IMG/VR virus record: IMGVR_UViG_3300033073_000554
Location: 64,001 to 110,140 of that record
Strand: one strand, 5' to 3'
Length of the DNA: 46,140 nt
Origin: a virus
Taxonomy: Duplodnaviria; Heunggongvirae; Uroviricota; Caudoviricetes
Below are positions 36,133-45,436 of the stretch, in pieces. The notes below the pieces were generated by a model. That model was given only the letters and a program-made list of their open reading frames with translations. It ran no database searches and was not told the origin of the DNA. The position numbers and the translations under genes were made by a program. Positions within the stretch are counted from its first letter, which is position 1; each line of letters begins with the position of its first letter.

Positions 36133-39100
36133 TTATTGCACGAATAATCCACCGCCTATTCCATTTGGTTTATTAAATAAATTATTCGGGTTCGATTCCC
36201 ATATTGTAACCACTGGTCCACCGTCAACTGTATCACTGGAATCCACGTTCCAATCTGGAGATGAAAGTTTCGATCCAACAAACCTAGATCTATTTCTAGA
36301 TGAACATTCATCAATTTGATATCCAGTTGAATCTAGACTACGAGAATAGTACCAATTATACGACATAGATACCGCCGTATACCAATGTCTTAGATATTTT
36401 GGTTGTATTGCCGCCGATGAACTATAATGATAAATTACTTTTTTATATTTGCATGAATGTATACGTTGGTTGTCATAATATGATTGTGTCTCACATTGAG
36501 ATCCTGAATAACGCTTAGGTAAAGTATCAATCGTTCCGCATATACCAGTTCGCTGGTGTCCAATTTCTGTATGATGAATACTGGATGCTGTGAATATCCA
36601 CGGATATGGTATTGATCCAGTTAAATAATCATACCTCACATTGAAATCATATTCAGATTCTATTGACCCCGTTAAATAATCATACCTCACATTGAAATCC
36701 AATGAAGCGGATACGATCCCTTCAGTGTATATAAATTCACCAGATGTTGGAAGATTATATGTTAATTCGGTCTCCCACTGCGGATTTTCAACAGTAGGTC
36801 GTTTAAAAATATGAACCTTTGATCTTTCAAGTATATTTGGTTCAACTAATATACCAGCTATGAGATCGGATCTACCCGGGGCAAGTTGCCTAATCTGCTC
36901 AAAAAACGTATAATCATATACAGATAAAATTCTAATAAACGCGTTTATATCATTAGATTGCTCATATTTTTGCCAATATTGATTGGAAAATCGTTTCAAT
37001 TCAGAATATTCAGACTCATATTCAAGTGCTGGATCCGCAATCCAATCATCTAATTCGGTAAAACCGAATTGATTGTAAATGTCTTTATTCACCTGATCTG
37101 CCAGTGAAAATACTATTGCTAGTCTACCCGTATCAAATGAAGACATATCAAATTGAGATCGTTCACTATACGAATTTGGCGATAGATCCCTTAATAGACG
37201 CGTACTCTCCAGTCGAATTTTATTATTTCTAACATTATTCGGTCCAATTGTTGGGGTATACACATAATATGTTTCATTATTTGATTCATATTGCGTTTCC
37301 TGAGTTCCTGTGAATCTATTGAAAACTGCGGTTGTATGAAAATTTATATCACGATTTGGGTGTGAAGATGATATCGATGAACTATACACATGATCATGTC
37401 TAATTACATCTGCACCAAGTGGAAAATATCGATATAAATCATAAAATGATGCAGTTGGTTCATCCAAGTGGTATGATGATGGATTTAGAATATGCTCCTT
37501 AAAAGTATCAGGTGACATATTTTTATAATACTCTTTATACGACTGCATGGATCCAGAAAAGAATGAAGATGTACCATTTGCAGCCGCAATTCCCAAAGAT
37601 GCTGTCGTACCACCCAATCTAACTCTTAATGGTGTATTTACCCTAGACGGCGTTACTCCCCATCCGTCAAAATTATAACTAGGCATTCCACTATATGCAA
37701 CAACATTTACTGATGATGATATAATATATGTTCCAAATGTACAATCATCAGCGCGTCCAACTGTCAAATTAAATGAACCAGTAGATGTGGTTGAAGTTAT
37801 AGGAGTATCAGTGTATAATCTAACGGTCCATATATCTCCGTCAAATAATGGTAAATAATCAGTGGATCCAGAATAGTACGCATATGAAGATGTTGTTCCA
37901 CCTTGGATTATAAATTCAAGTTTACCGTATGTATATGACCCACTATATGATGATGTACCATATTCTTGCCTAGCAGACTTCAGTCTAATTTCAGCGGTAG
38001 ATCTAACACCCGTATCTCTATTTTCTATCGCCCATAGCGACATATTTGATGAACCAGAATATTCGGATTTGAATCTAAAAATAACTTCATCTGGAACCGA
38101 TTTACTTACACCACTTTCATCCCAAGATCCTGTACCAACTCCAATATTATACCGATCCAATTCAACCGATTGTGCCCCACTAAATTTCAATAAATATGCA
38201 TATCGATCTTCGATCATCTGAGGTTTACTATCTTCCTCGGATGGTCCACCATATTCTTTTATAGAAATTAATGTTTGAGGTATACCATAGATACTCATCA
38301 ACGCTTTAACAGATCTAGATGTACCCTTAGTCTTTAACAAATATGGAAGATTATTTACAATCCTTTTCCATATCTGCTTAGTTTGGTTTTCATGCGAAAG
38401 TGAAAACATTGAACCAGTATATTCATGCGCTCCGTCGGAGTTGGTTCCCAATTTATAAAACCATAAATCGGATAGCTGTCGTGTATTCTGAAGATTCCAT
38501 CCATATGACTTGGCTATATGATATAATAAATCATTAGATGCGCCTCGTTCAAAATGTTCATCTCGCGCATGAATTTGAGTTAATGCTTGAATATACGCGT
38601 GAAGATTATCAAAATGCTGGGCAACCATTTCAACAAATAATATATAATCACTGTTTGCTGGGTCCATTAAAATATGTTCTGGAATTGCCCACCATAATCT
38701 ATTATGATTATGCTGATCAAACATAGATCCAGTATCATAAACTCCATTATACCACGCTGTAGCAATACTCGACGTTGTTGGGTGTAAAATATATTTACCC
38801 CCCTGTAAGTATTTAGGATATGGCGTTATCGACCCAGTAATATCATGTGTAAAAATAGATGCCGTTGGACTATAATATAACCATCGTTCAAAATGATCAA
38901 ATGTTGTAGTAATTTGATCAACTCTACGCTGAATTAATGAAATTGATGAACTTATATATGTAGATATTGAAGCAGTAGATTGCTGTAATGTATATATATT
39001 TGAATTATATGTTTCAATTTTATTCAGTTTATATTTAAAATTTTCTAACCGTTCCACGGCAGATGAATAAAATATGAAATTATTATAATCTGTATAATCT

Positions 39101-39951
39101 ATATTTAATGTGGCTGTACCCGACCCAGATAATGTCAAATCTATGATTCGCTGAGTAGTTGGAGCCGAAGAATCTAGTAAATCATCCCAAGTTTTAAAGG
39201 CAGTCGCATTGCTTGTATATTGATTGGTATCGATATCAAAATTAGGACCCGGGATCGTATTAAAGGTATTACCAGAGATTGGAGTAGTCAATATCACAGT
39301 ATCAACATATGAATCCATTATCTCTAAACCAAACCACGCTGTAGTTAATTCTTCTAGCTCATCAACTGCTGCATGCTGTAATTTAATATAAAATGTATCT
39401 TCTAAATTTCGATCATATCGAATTAACGCAACGTTACAAACCTTATTGAACCCGAAATCTACCACTAGATTTCCCAAATCTCCCATCATACTAAGTGAAG
39501 ATACCGCACTCTTAAAATCAGCATATCCACCTTCCTTTATTTCAGAAGGTACAATTGATAATTTTAACTCAGTTCTATCTGGAGATATTTCACGTAATAT
39601 TACAACTGGAGAATCTGGATTACCCCATATTTTTTTAAAAAGATTAACTGCAATTATATAAGAACCGCGGCGTATATTAGCAGATCTAAATGTACTGGCT
39701 ACATCTATCAGCATGCTATTGGTTGCACTATCATTTGTTAGAAATGATGCATTATGATCTCCAGCGATATAATCACCATAAAAACTGTATATATGTAGCT
39801 GTGATATACTATCGGAAATGATATTACGATCTTCTGGAATAAGTGTATCATACGGCATCAGTTTCAAGTCAGCCGATGAGAATACTATCCCATATTGGGG
39901 TTCGTTCAACTGGACAATTGTCTCTTTGTTAGTATATCTATTTAAACTCAC
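36133..39951 (-). CDS. Large baseplate-wedge-type structural protein
   Basis: 1272 aa; NLPYLLKTKGTSRSVKALMSIYG motif; structural context. Confidence 0.65.
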   Translation of the reverse strand: MSLNRYTNKETIVQLNEPQYGIVFSSADLKLMPYDTLIPEDRNIISDSISQLHIYSFYGDYIAGDHNASFLTNDSATNSMLIDVASTFRSANIRRGSYIIAVNLFKKIWGNPDSPVVILREISPDRTELKLSIVPSEIKEGGYADFKSAVSSLSMMGDLGNLVVDFGFNKVCNVALIRYDRNLEDTFYIKLQHAAVDELEELTTAWFGLEIMDSYVDTVILTTPISGNTFNTIPGPNFDIDTNQYTSNATAFKTWDDLLDSSAPTTQRIIDLTLSGSGTATLNIDYTDYNNFIFYSSAVERLENFKYKLNKIETYNSNIYTLQQSTASISTYISSSISLIQRRVDQITTTFDHFERWLYYSPTASIFTHDITGSITPYPKYLQGGKYILHPTTSSIATAWYNGVYDTGSMFDQHNHNRLWWAIPEHILMDPANSDYILFVEMVAQHFDNLHAYIQALTQIHARDEHFERGASNDLLYHIAKSYGWNLQNTRQLSDLWFYKLGTNSDGAHEYTGSMFSLSHENQTKQIWKRIVNNLPYLLKTKGTSRSVKALMSIYGIPQTLISIKEYGGPSEEDSKPQMIEDRYAYLLKFSGAQSVELDRYNIGVGTGSWDESGVSKSVPDEVIFRFKSEYSGSSNMSLWAIENRDTGVRSTAEIRLKSARQEYGTSSYSGSYTYGKLEFIIQGGTTSSYAYYSGSTDYLPLFDGDIWTVRLYTDTPITSTTSTGSFNLTVGRADDCTFGTYIISSSVNVVAYSGMPSYNFDGWGVTPSRVNTPLRVRLGGTTASLGIAAANGTSSFFSGSMQSYKEYYKNMSPDTFKEHILNPSSYHLDEPTASFYDLYRYFPLGADVIRHDHVYSSSISSSHPNRDINFHTTAVFNRFTGTQETQYESNNETYYVYTPTIGPNNVRNNKIRLESTRLLRDLSPNSYSERSQFDMSSFDTGRLAIVFSLADQVNKDIYNQFGFTELDDWIADPALEYESEYSELKRFSNQYWQKYEQSNDINAFIRILSVYDYTFFEQIRQLAPGRSDLIAGILVEPNILERSKVHIFKRPTVENPQWETELTYNLPTSGEFIYTEGIVSASLDFNVRYDYLTGSIESEYDFNVRYDYLTGSIPYPWIFTASSIHHTEIGHQRTGICGTIDTLPKRYSGSQCETQSYYDNQRIHSCKYKKVIYHYSSSAAIQPKYLRHWYTAVSMSYNWYYSRSLDSTGYQIDECSSRNRSRFVGSKLSSPDWNVDSSDTVDGGPVVTIWESNPNNLFNKPNGIGGGLFVQ
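36610..36699. repeat. Intragenic duplication with 51-bp period (DFNVRYDYLTGSI x2)
   Basis: 29-bp exact core at 36620-36648 and 36671-36699. Confidence 0.92.
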
Positions 39952-40439
39952 TCGATTCTTTTATTATCACTTATTAATTTAATATATTCTAGCTTATCTT
40001 CAATTGGTAAATATAAAAATACAATGTGCTCACTAGATTCATTTAATACTAACCCATCATATCCATCTTTTTGCAACTTTTCGAGAATTTCATTTTGCTC
40101 CATGAAATCCCAATTTTTAGATGAATCAACTATATTATCAATATCTACTCGCTCATTTGGAAATGCTGTTACATACCATTGTAATAATTTATCGACCGCT
40201 TCCTTATTATTTGTATCAAATAATTTTAAATTGGACTTAATTTTAGCTTCGTATATATATCCAGTACCCCATCTGTATTTGGCAAAAAACTCTGCTTTCC
40301 ATTTTGATGTTGAGAAAAATGTTCCAAATCCACCATATGCATATTTATCAAAATCACCTAATGGTTGACGGGTGCCTTTATACAGCTTACCATATATATC
40401 ACCTTTTATATCTTCGTATAATTGAAGTAGTTTAACCAT
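39948..40439 (-). CDS. ADP-ribosyltransferase-like fold protein with short leader
   Basis: Likely start MVKLLQLYE; LYKGT...GTFFSTSKWKAEFFA...GYIYEAKI...GYDGLVL. Confidence 0.6.
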   Translation of the reverse strand: MVKLLQLYEDIKGDIYGKLYKGTRQPLGDFDKYAYGGFGTFFSTSKWKAEFFAKYRWGTGYIYEAKIKSNLKLFDTNNKEAVDKLLQWYVTAFPNERVDIDNIVDSSKNWDFMEQNEILEKLQKDGYDGLVLNESSEHIVFLYLPIEDKLEYIKLISDNKRIE

Positions 40440-41004
40440 TTCGTTCATTACCAATTTTATCACTATAACTTAGTGCCAATGACAATAACCTATTTGTTGA
40501 TGTATCGAAAATCGTCGATTTCATTACAGTATTTGGATCAATTATTAACCCTGATAATAATCGATGACTTCCATCAATTAGGTGTCCATCATTGGATACT
40601 ACAGTTAATGTTTTTTTCAAATAATCAATTGTAGATTCAATTCCATTTTTAACTATATTCTTGACTGATTTATCCAGATAGCACTGTTTCTGGACGACCT
40701 TTAGCTTCTTAACTGGTATTAATTTATCGACACTTTTAATCCCATATTTAGTATGTAATATTTTTTCAAAATCGTCAACTTGTGCATTGGATATCACGGG
40801 CATTTCATCACGATCAAATATTCCATGTGAAAAGATTTCCATGGCTAATTTTAAATTATTTTCAAGATTATCTACCTTAATACCAGCATCAACACAATAT
40901 TTTACCGCACTTTCTAATGATAATGTATGTAATTCAAGTTCACCAGCATCTTCTCCACCAGCTTCGTTGAGTATTTGAGTATATATTTCCGCAAGTTTAA
41001 ACAT
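40432..41004 (-). CDS. ParB/Srx-like nuclease-domain protein with capsid-targeting-like leader
   Basis: Likely start MFKLAEIYTQILNE at 41004; VVSNDGHLIDGSHRLL. Confidence 0.7.
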   Translation of the reverse strand: MFKLAEIYTQILNEAGGEDAGELELHTLSLESAVKYCVDAGIKVDNLENNLKLAMEIFSHGIFDRDEMPVISNAQVDDFEKILHTKYGIKSVDKLIPVKKLKVVQKQCYLDKSVKNIVKNGIESTIDYLKKTLTVVSNDGHLIDGSHRLLSGLIIDPNTVMKSTIFDTSTNRLLSLALSYSDKIGNERNG

Positions 41005-41006
41005 TT

Positions 41007-42002
41007 TTAAATTAAATTCCATACAAAATTTGTCAATATTTTTAAATCTTCTTTACGCGCGTTTTCACATAACCTTTTATTACTTTCCAAGTGACGTAGG
41101 GAAATTCTACCTTTAGTGGTTCCGCTAATCAGACATTTACCATGCTTCGGGTGTACAACCAACGTACCCCTTTTCAAACCAAGACTGCGCGTACTTCCAT
41201 AATTTACACGAACCCCACCTTTTGCTGGACAGAGTTTGTGTAATTTTCTACGATAGAAATTTAGCGGATTAATATATCGCAAATGCTTATTTTCTGGTAC
41301 AATATGACCTCCTATTAAATCATTGGCAATCGCCCAACTATCTACACAATGACTATCAAAATTGATTTTCAACTTATCCTTACCTTTTTCCAAACCCAGA
41401 TTTTGCCGAATATTATATGTTTTACGCCCACTATATTTAGTTAATTTGAAATCCTTTTCTATTTCAGTATAACACCAATGTTTACCACGTTGAAGTGGGC
41501 TAAAGTTTGCATTCCAACGTCTTGCCCCTTCAATAGATTGTGCGGCTACATCTTCAAATGCAACGTGAGATATGGGATACATTTTATTACAAAATTTAAT
41601 CATATTTACATGCTGTTGCCACCTAGCTTTAGTACTTGGTGGTATCATACTTTTAACGCTTCGATTAAATCTACATTTTCTGTATGGAGCGTTTCTTCGT
41701 CTCCTACTATGTCTATCATTTCGACGTGATTCTACCTTACCTTTAATCTTTGTTTTAGCAGAATATTGAATATTTAAAATAGTGTGTGCCTTAGACTTTA
41801 CTGTTAACCCGCACATTTTACTACCCGGATCAATACCGATACATATGTCCTGTTTAAATTCCAACGTTTTTGTTTGTAAAATAATACAAAAAAATCCTTT
41901 GAACCAATATGGTTTCGCTCTACCACATTCCATTAACTTTCTAGCTCTGCGCTGAGTGCATGGCATTAAAGGTTTCTTTTCATATGATAATACTACTACC
42001 AT
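41007..42002 (-). CDS. isrB: IsrB (HNH-less IscB homolog) RNA-guided nickase
   Basis: PLMP motif (KPLMPC), RuvC-I IGIDPG, Arg-rich bridge helix, RuvC-II FEDV, RuvC-III SHCVDSW; no HNH insert; 331 aa. Confidence 0.88.
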   Translation of the reverse strand: MVVVLSYEKKPLMPCTQRRARKLMECGRAKPYWFKGFFCIILQTKTLEFKQDICIGIDPGSKMCGLTVKSKAHTILNIQYSAKTKIKGKVESRRNDRHSRRRRNAPYRKCRFNRSVKSMIPPSTKARWQQHVNMIKFCNKMYPISHVAFEDVAAQSIEGARRWNANFSPLQRGKHWCYTEIEKDFKLTKYSGRKTYNIRQNLGLEKGKDKLKINFDSHCVDSWAIANDLIGGHIVPENKHLRYINPLNFYRRKLHKLCPAKGGVRVNYGSTRSLGLKRGTLVVHPKHGKCLISGTTKGRISLRHLESNKRLCENARKEDLKILTNFVWNLI

Positions 42003-42257
42003 TGGTTCTTCTTCGTTTTATTAATGTTTAATGTCATTACTGACCTCGTTTTAATTCCACTTCGCTACTCGCTGGAAACATTGACTGCGGACTTGTGGAG
42101 CATCTTGCAGTATGTTTTCGGCCTCTCTGTACCTTACCAACTTAGTTGACTTCAAACGTCCATTTCTGAACTTGTCCAAGCTATTCTCACAATTATCTCA
42201 TAGTAATTGGTCGTTAACCTTTTCCTACAAGCTCACGTCATTACGTGAGTGTTTAAC
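42003..42257 (-). ncRNA. IsrB omegaRNA scaffold
   Basis: Begins GTTAAACACTCACGT-AATG-ACGTGAGCTTG (perfect 7-bp hairpin in an IscB/IsrB-type start); contains GATGCTCCACAAGTCC and GCGAAGTGG, which can pair. Confidence 0.75.
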
Positions 42258-42271
42258 TCGCCGCCTCGGCA

Positions 42272-43123
42272 TTATGTACCTTTATTTTCATATTCCGCCC
42301 GCTTGGCTTCCGCTTCTGCTTCTTTCTGTTTCGCTGCGGCTTCGGCTGCCGCCGCTACCGCTATTGCAGCTTCTGCCTGAGCTTTGGCTGCATCTGCCTC
42401 TGCGCGTGCCGCGTCGGCTTTAGCTTTTTCAGCTTCAGCTTGTTTTTTGACAACATCGATTTGTTTGGCAGCTTCAGCCTTAGCACCTTCAGCAATTGCC
42501 CCAGCACTCTTGGCATTATCTTCCATTTTTTTCAACGCTTCAATACTTGTAACATCCGCCATATCCTCGGTCCATGCCCCAGTATTATCATCAAAAACAC
42601 CGTTTTCTTTTATAATCTCACCACATTGTTTTTCTTCCAACACCCTGATTGATATCGTAGTTTGCCCACGTTCAGCCAACATTACTTCCAATGTTTTATA
42701 ATTTGGTATTCGCCTTCCCTTTCCACCAACCATAAGATAATATACATAATCTTCTTTGGCTTTAGGTAATGGTGACGCACATCTGAAAAATATCCCATCT
42801 GATAGAATAAATGGTTCATCAGGCAATACTATTTCATCTACAAAATATTCAAATTCTGGTAATAGCATACTTTTATAAACTGAATCCTTAACTTTGGTTT
42901 TCTGTGCGATAAAATTTAAATATACCTTTTCCTTCTCAGTTGGTATAATATAGGCATTAGCACCGTTTCTAGTGCTCAATGTGTAATTTCTAGCATCTAT
43001 ATCTGCTTGTGTCTCATTTAAGAATGTCTGACCTTCAACTTGCTTTGAAAATTCAATGAGCTTTGATGTGCTAGTTCCACGTGGAACGTATGATATATTA
43101 CCAATTGTAACTGTATTACCCAT
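42272..43123 (-). CDS. Hypothetical protein with Ala/Lys/Glu-rich coiled-coil tail
   Basis: 283 aa. Confidence 0.75.
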   Translation of the reverse strand: MGNTVTIGNISYVPRGTSTSKLIEFSKQVEGQTFLNETQADIDARNYTLSTRNGANAYIIPTEKEKVYLNFIAQKTKVKDSVYKSMLLPEFEYFVDEIVLPDEPFILSDGIFFRCASPLPKAKEDYVYYLMVGGKGRRIPNYKTLEVMLAERGQTTISIRVLEEKQCGEIIKENGVFDDNTGAWTEDMADVTSIEALKKMEDNAKSAGAIAEGAKAEAAKQIDVVKKQAEAEKAKADAARAEADAAKAQAEAAIAVAAAAEAAAKQKEAEAEAKRAEYENKGT

Positions 43124-44205
43124 TATCTCTCTACTTTAAATGTATAGTTGTCGTCAATATATTTTACCTCACTTCCATCTACTATCTTAAAAACTATTTT
43201 GTAGTATCTAAGTGGTAGAAATGTATCCATATCTAATCGTATATAATTACCATTTGAGTCACAATCGACTCTGGTAGCATCTGAGTGAAATGGAATTAAT
43301 TCTTCATCGGTTACTACATCCGTAACTTTAAAATATGAGGTTGCTGGGAGTCTCCACGTTGTTAAATATGCATTAGTTGTAGTATATGTCGGGGTTGGGT
43401 ACGAAGGTCTAACTCCGACTCTCAATTTTGCGACCTCACCTTCCCTATACGCATCTTTCAAATTTTTTATATAAATCGTATAATCATCGGATGATACTTC
43501 AGTAATACTTCCAGTACCAGAAACGTCAACATCGTTCCATAATACTTCTAATCTTGGAATCCATATAGTATGAGTATCTTTTGAGAAAAATTTCAGCGAT
43601 CCTAAAACTTCACTTCCAGTTTCAGCCATATCGGTATGCTTAACTATCATACCATGTTGAGATATAGACCCAGATAGCCACTGTCTCACTATATTTGTGA
43701 CATCCATATGAACATCAGGTGAGGTATAATTAAAGGACTGAGATGCGCTTTGCAATGACCCAGTATAAAAATCACCACCTAATCTAGTCCAAGTGGTCCC
43801 ATCATGTAAACTATATCTATAATTCCACGATGCCCCATTGGTAACTTCAAAATCATTATTATAATACCCAGTACCATTGGTCCAAGATCCAGAAACTGGA
43901 TGAGCCATCAAAGTATATGACATTGGTAATGCAGCGGCATCGGTTGCATTCAATTTGAGATAAAATTGTGGATTAGTTATTTCACCACTTGTTATTGACG
44001 CAGCAATATCTGATATATCGAAATCTAATAAAAATCTAGAATTTAAGGTTTCGCCCCAATATTCCGATTGCCCAACTAGATCTTCAATTGCAGAACCTGA
44101 AGTTATTTTGGTTAATTCGAGTATTTGATCAAGCCCAGTATTACGATCTGGGTGGCGTTGATATATGGACGCGTCCCTAGTGGGAAATAATAGTTTGTAC
44201 ATCAC
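43123..44205 (-). CDS. Probable virion structural protein (beta-rich)
   Basis: RDASIY...NTGLD...SRFLLDFD...IVRQWLSG..HGMIVK pattern; structural context. Confidence 0.6.
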   Translation of the reverse strand: MMYKLLFPTRDASIYQRHPDRNTGLDQILELTKITSGSAIEDLVGQSEYWGETLNSRFLLDFDISDIAASITSGEITNPQFYLKLNATDAAALPMSYTLMAHPVSGSWTNGTGYYNNDFEVTNGASWNYRYSLHDGTTWTRLGGDFYTGSLQSASQSFNYTSPDVHMDVTNIVRQWLSGSISQHGMIVKHTDMAETGSEVLGSLKFFSKDTHTIWIPRLEVLWNDVDVSGTGSITEVSSDDYTIYIKNLKDAYREGEVAKLRVGVRPSYPTPTYTTTNAYLTTWRLPATSYFKVTDVVTDEELIPFHSDATRVDCDSNGNYIRLDMDTFLPLRYYKIVFKIVDGSEVKYIDDNYTFKVER

Positions 44206-44229
44206 ATATAAGTAGGAAAAAAATACTAA

Positions 44230-44442
44230 TTATGATTTACTTTCCTGTAACAATGTTTTACCACCACCGATACATTCAACTAAGATATAATTATTATTAA
44301 ATTCCTCTTTCGAAAACCAGCTAGCAATACTATTTTCGAATCTAATTTGTATGGATGTATCCGTTACCTCCATAACTTTAATTTTCATTCTAGTATTATG
44401 ATAGTCAACTAAATATGACGATCCTTTAACGTATTTATTCAT
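44230..44442 (-). CDS. Hypothetical protein
   Basis: 70-aa ORF. Confidence 0.6.
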   Translation of the reverse strand: MNKYVKGSSYLVDYHNTRMKIKVMEVTDTSIQIRFENSIASWFSKEEFNNNYILVECIGGGKTLLQESKS

Positions 44443-44445
44443 ATT

Positions 44446-44604
44446 TTATCCATATTCTTCTTCGTCATCATCGTCTTCCAGAACGTAGGCATCATCACTT
44501 ACCGCTGGATACCGATGACCATTTAATGAAATATTGTTTTGACTGAAGTCAATGTATCTAGTAAATCTACTAGGTTGTGGATTTCGTTTATTAGTATCTT
44601 CCAT
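44446..44604 (-). CDS. Small protein with acidic tail (52 aa)
   Basis: Not in the track; MEDTNKRNPQPSRF...VLEDDDDEEEYG; fills the gap exactly. Confidence 0.6.
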   Translation of the reverse strand: MEDTNKRNPQPSRFTRYIDFSQNNISLNGHRYPAVSDDAYVLEDDDDEEEYG

Positions 44605-44682
44605 TATGATAATTTTTACTAAATTTCAACAAATATATATTCAATTTATAGAATTATCCAAATATATTTCAATATATTTTTT

Positions 44683-45135
44683 TTAGTTCAAATGAATCGG
44701 ATTGCGTATTTGCGTGGAATTCAGCCTCTTATATGCCCTGAAGTACTTCATATGATATCGATTTTTATTGCGAGTTTCACTTGAAGCATCATCATTTGGG
44801 ACTAAAATATCGCCTCCCAAAATAAATGTTTCAACTAATTTTTTGATAGGTTTCAATTTGTTGGAATTAAAGAAAATATTATTCCCATACATGACTATAT
44901 TCACTTTGTCACCTGAAGATGTTTGCCCGGCAATCATACTAATCTGCATTATCGTCCCCTTACAAATTTCGTGCATATCACTAAATAAATTCATATATGC
45001 TTCAGATGATATCCTGTTCAATTCTTCAATTGACTTGGATTCTAACACTTTCAAACCATATGCAAACCTATCCTTCGGTTTCAAGAATTTATATAAGGTT
45101 ACTACCTCGGAAGGAATGATCAACTGTTCATCCAT
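44683..45135 (-). CDS. Hypothetical protein
   Basis: ATG at 45135 follows an ACTATATAT motif. Confidence 0.7.
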   Translation of the reverse strand: MDEQLIIPSEVVTLYKFLKPKDRFAYGLKVLESKSIEELNRISSEAYMNLFSDMHEICKGTIMQISMIAGQTSSGDKVNIVMYGNNIFFNSNKLKPIKKLVETFILGGDILVPNDDASSETRNKNRYHMKYFRAYKRLNSTQIRNPIHLN

Positions 45136-45162
45136 ATTCAATATATAGTCAATAGTATTAGA

Positions 45163-45420
45163 TTATACCCCGAGGGTGTATTTTCGAATAAATACCTCCT
45201 TCGCTGCATTTCCAGTTTCAATAATTCTATCCAATTCTGAAATAGTTAAGTTAAAATCGACTCCCCCAATTGTAAATGTACCCACAACTGTATCTAATTT
45301 ATCGCGTTGCAAGTCGGATCTTGTAATACCATTTTTTGTCACAAAATCGATTGAACCGAAGTATTTGCCATATTTTGCAACTTTTTGCTGATCAATGGCA
45401 TGCGTTTGATTAAGACTCAT
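45163..45420 (-). CDS. Hypothetical protein
   Basis: 85-aa ORF. Confidence 0.7.
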   Translation of the reverse strand: MSLNQTHAIDQQKVAKYGKYFGSIDFVTKNGITRSDLQRDKLDTVVGTFTIGGVDFNLTISELDRIIETGNAAKEVFIRKYTLGV

Positions 45421-45436
45421 AAAATATATTTAATTG

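Noticed and set aside
40432-41022. ORF-track starts at 41022, 40463, 15674 and 45141
   Set aside because: These overlap upstream genes or motifs; downstream ATGs (41004, 40439, 15659, 45135) give the shared leader or better spacing.
41007-42002. IscB or Cas9
   Set aside because: No HNH domain between RuvC-II and RuvC-III; 331 aa fits IsrB.
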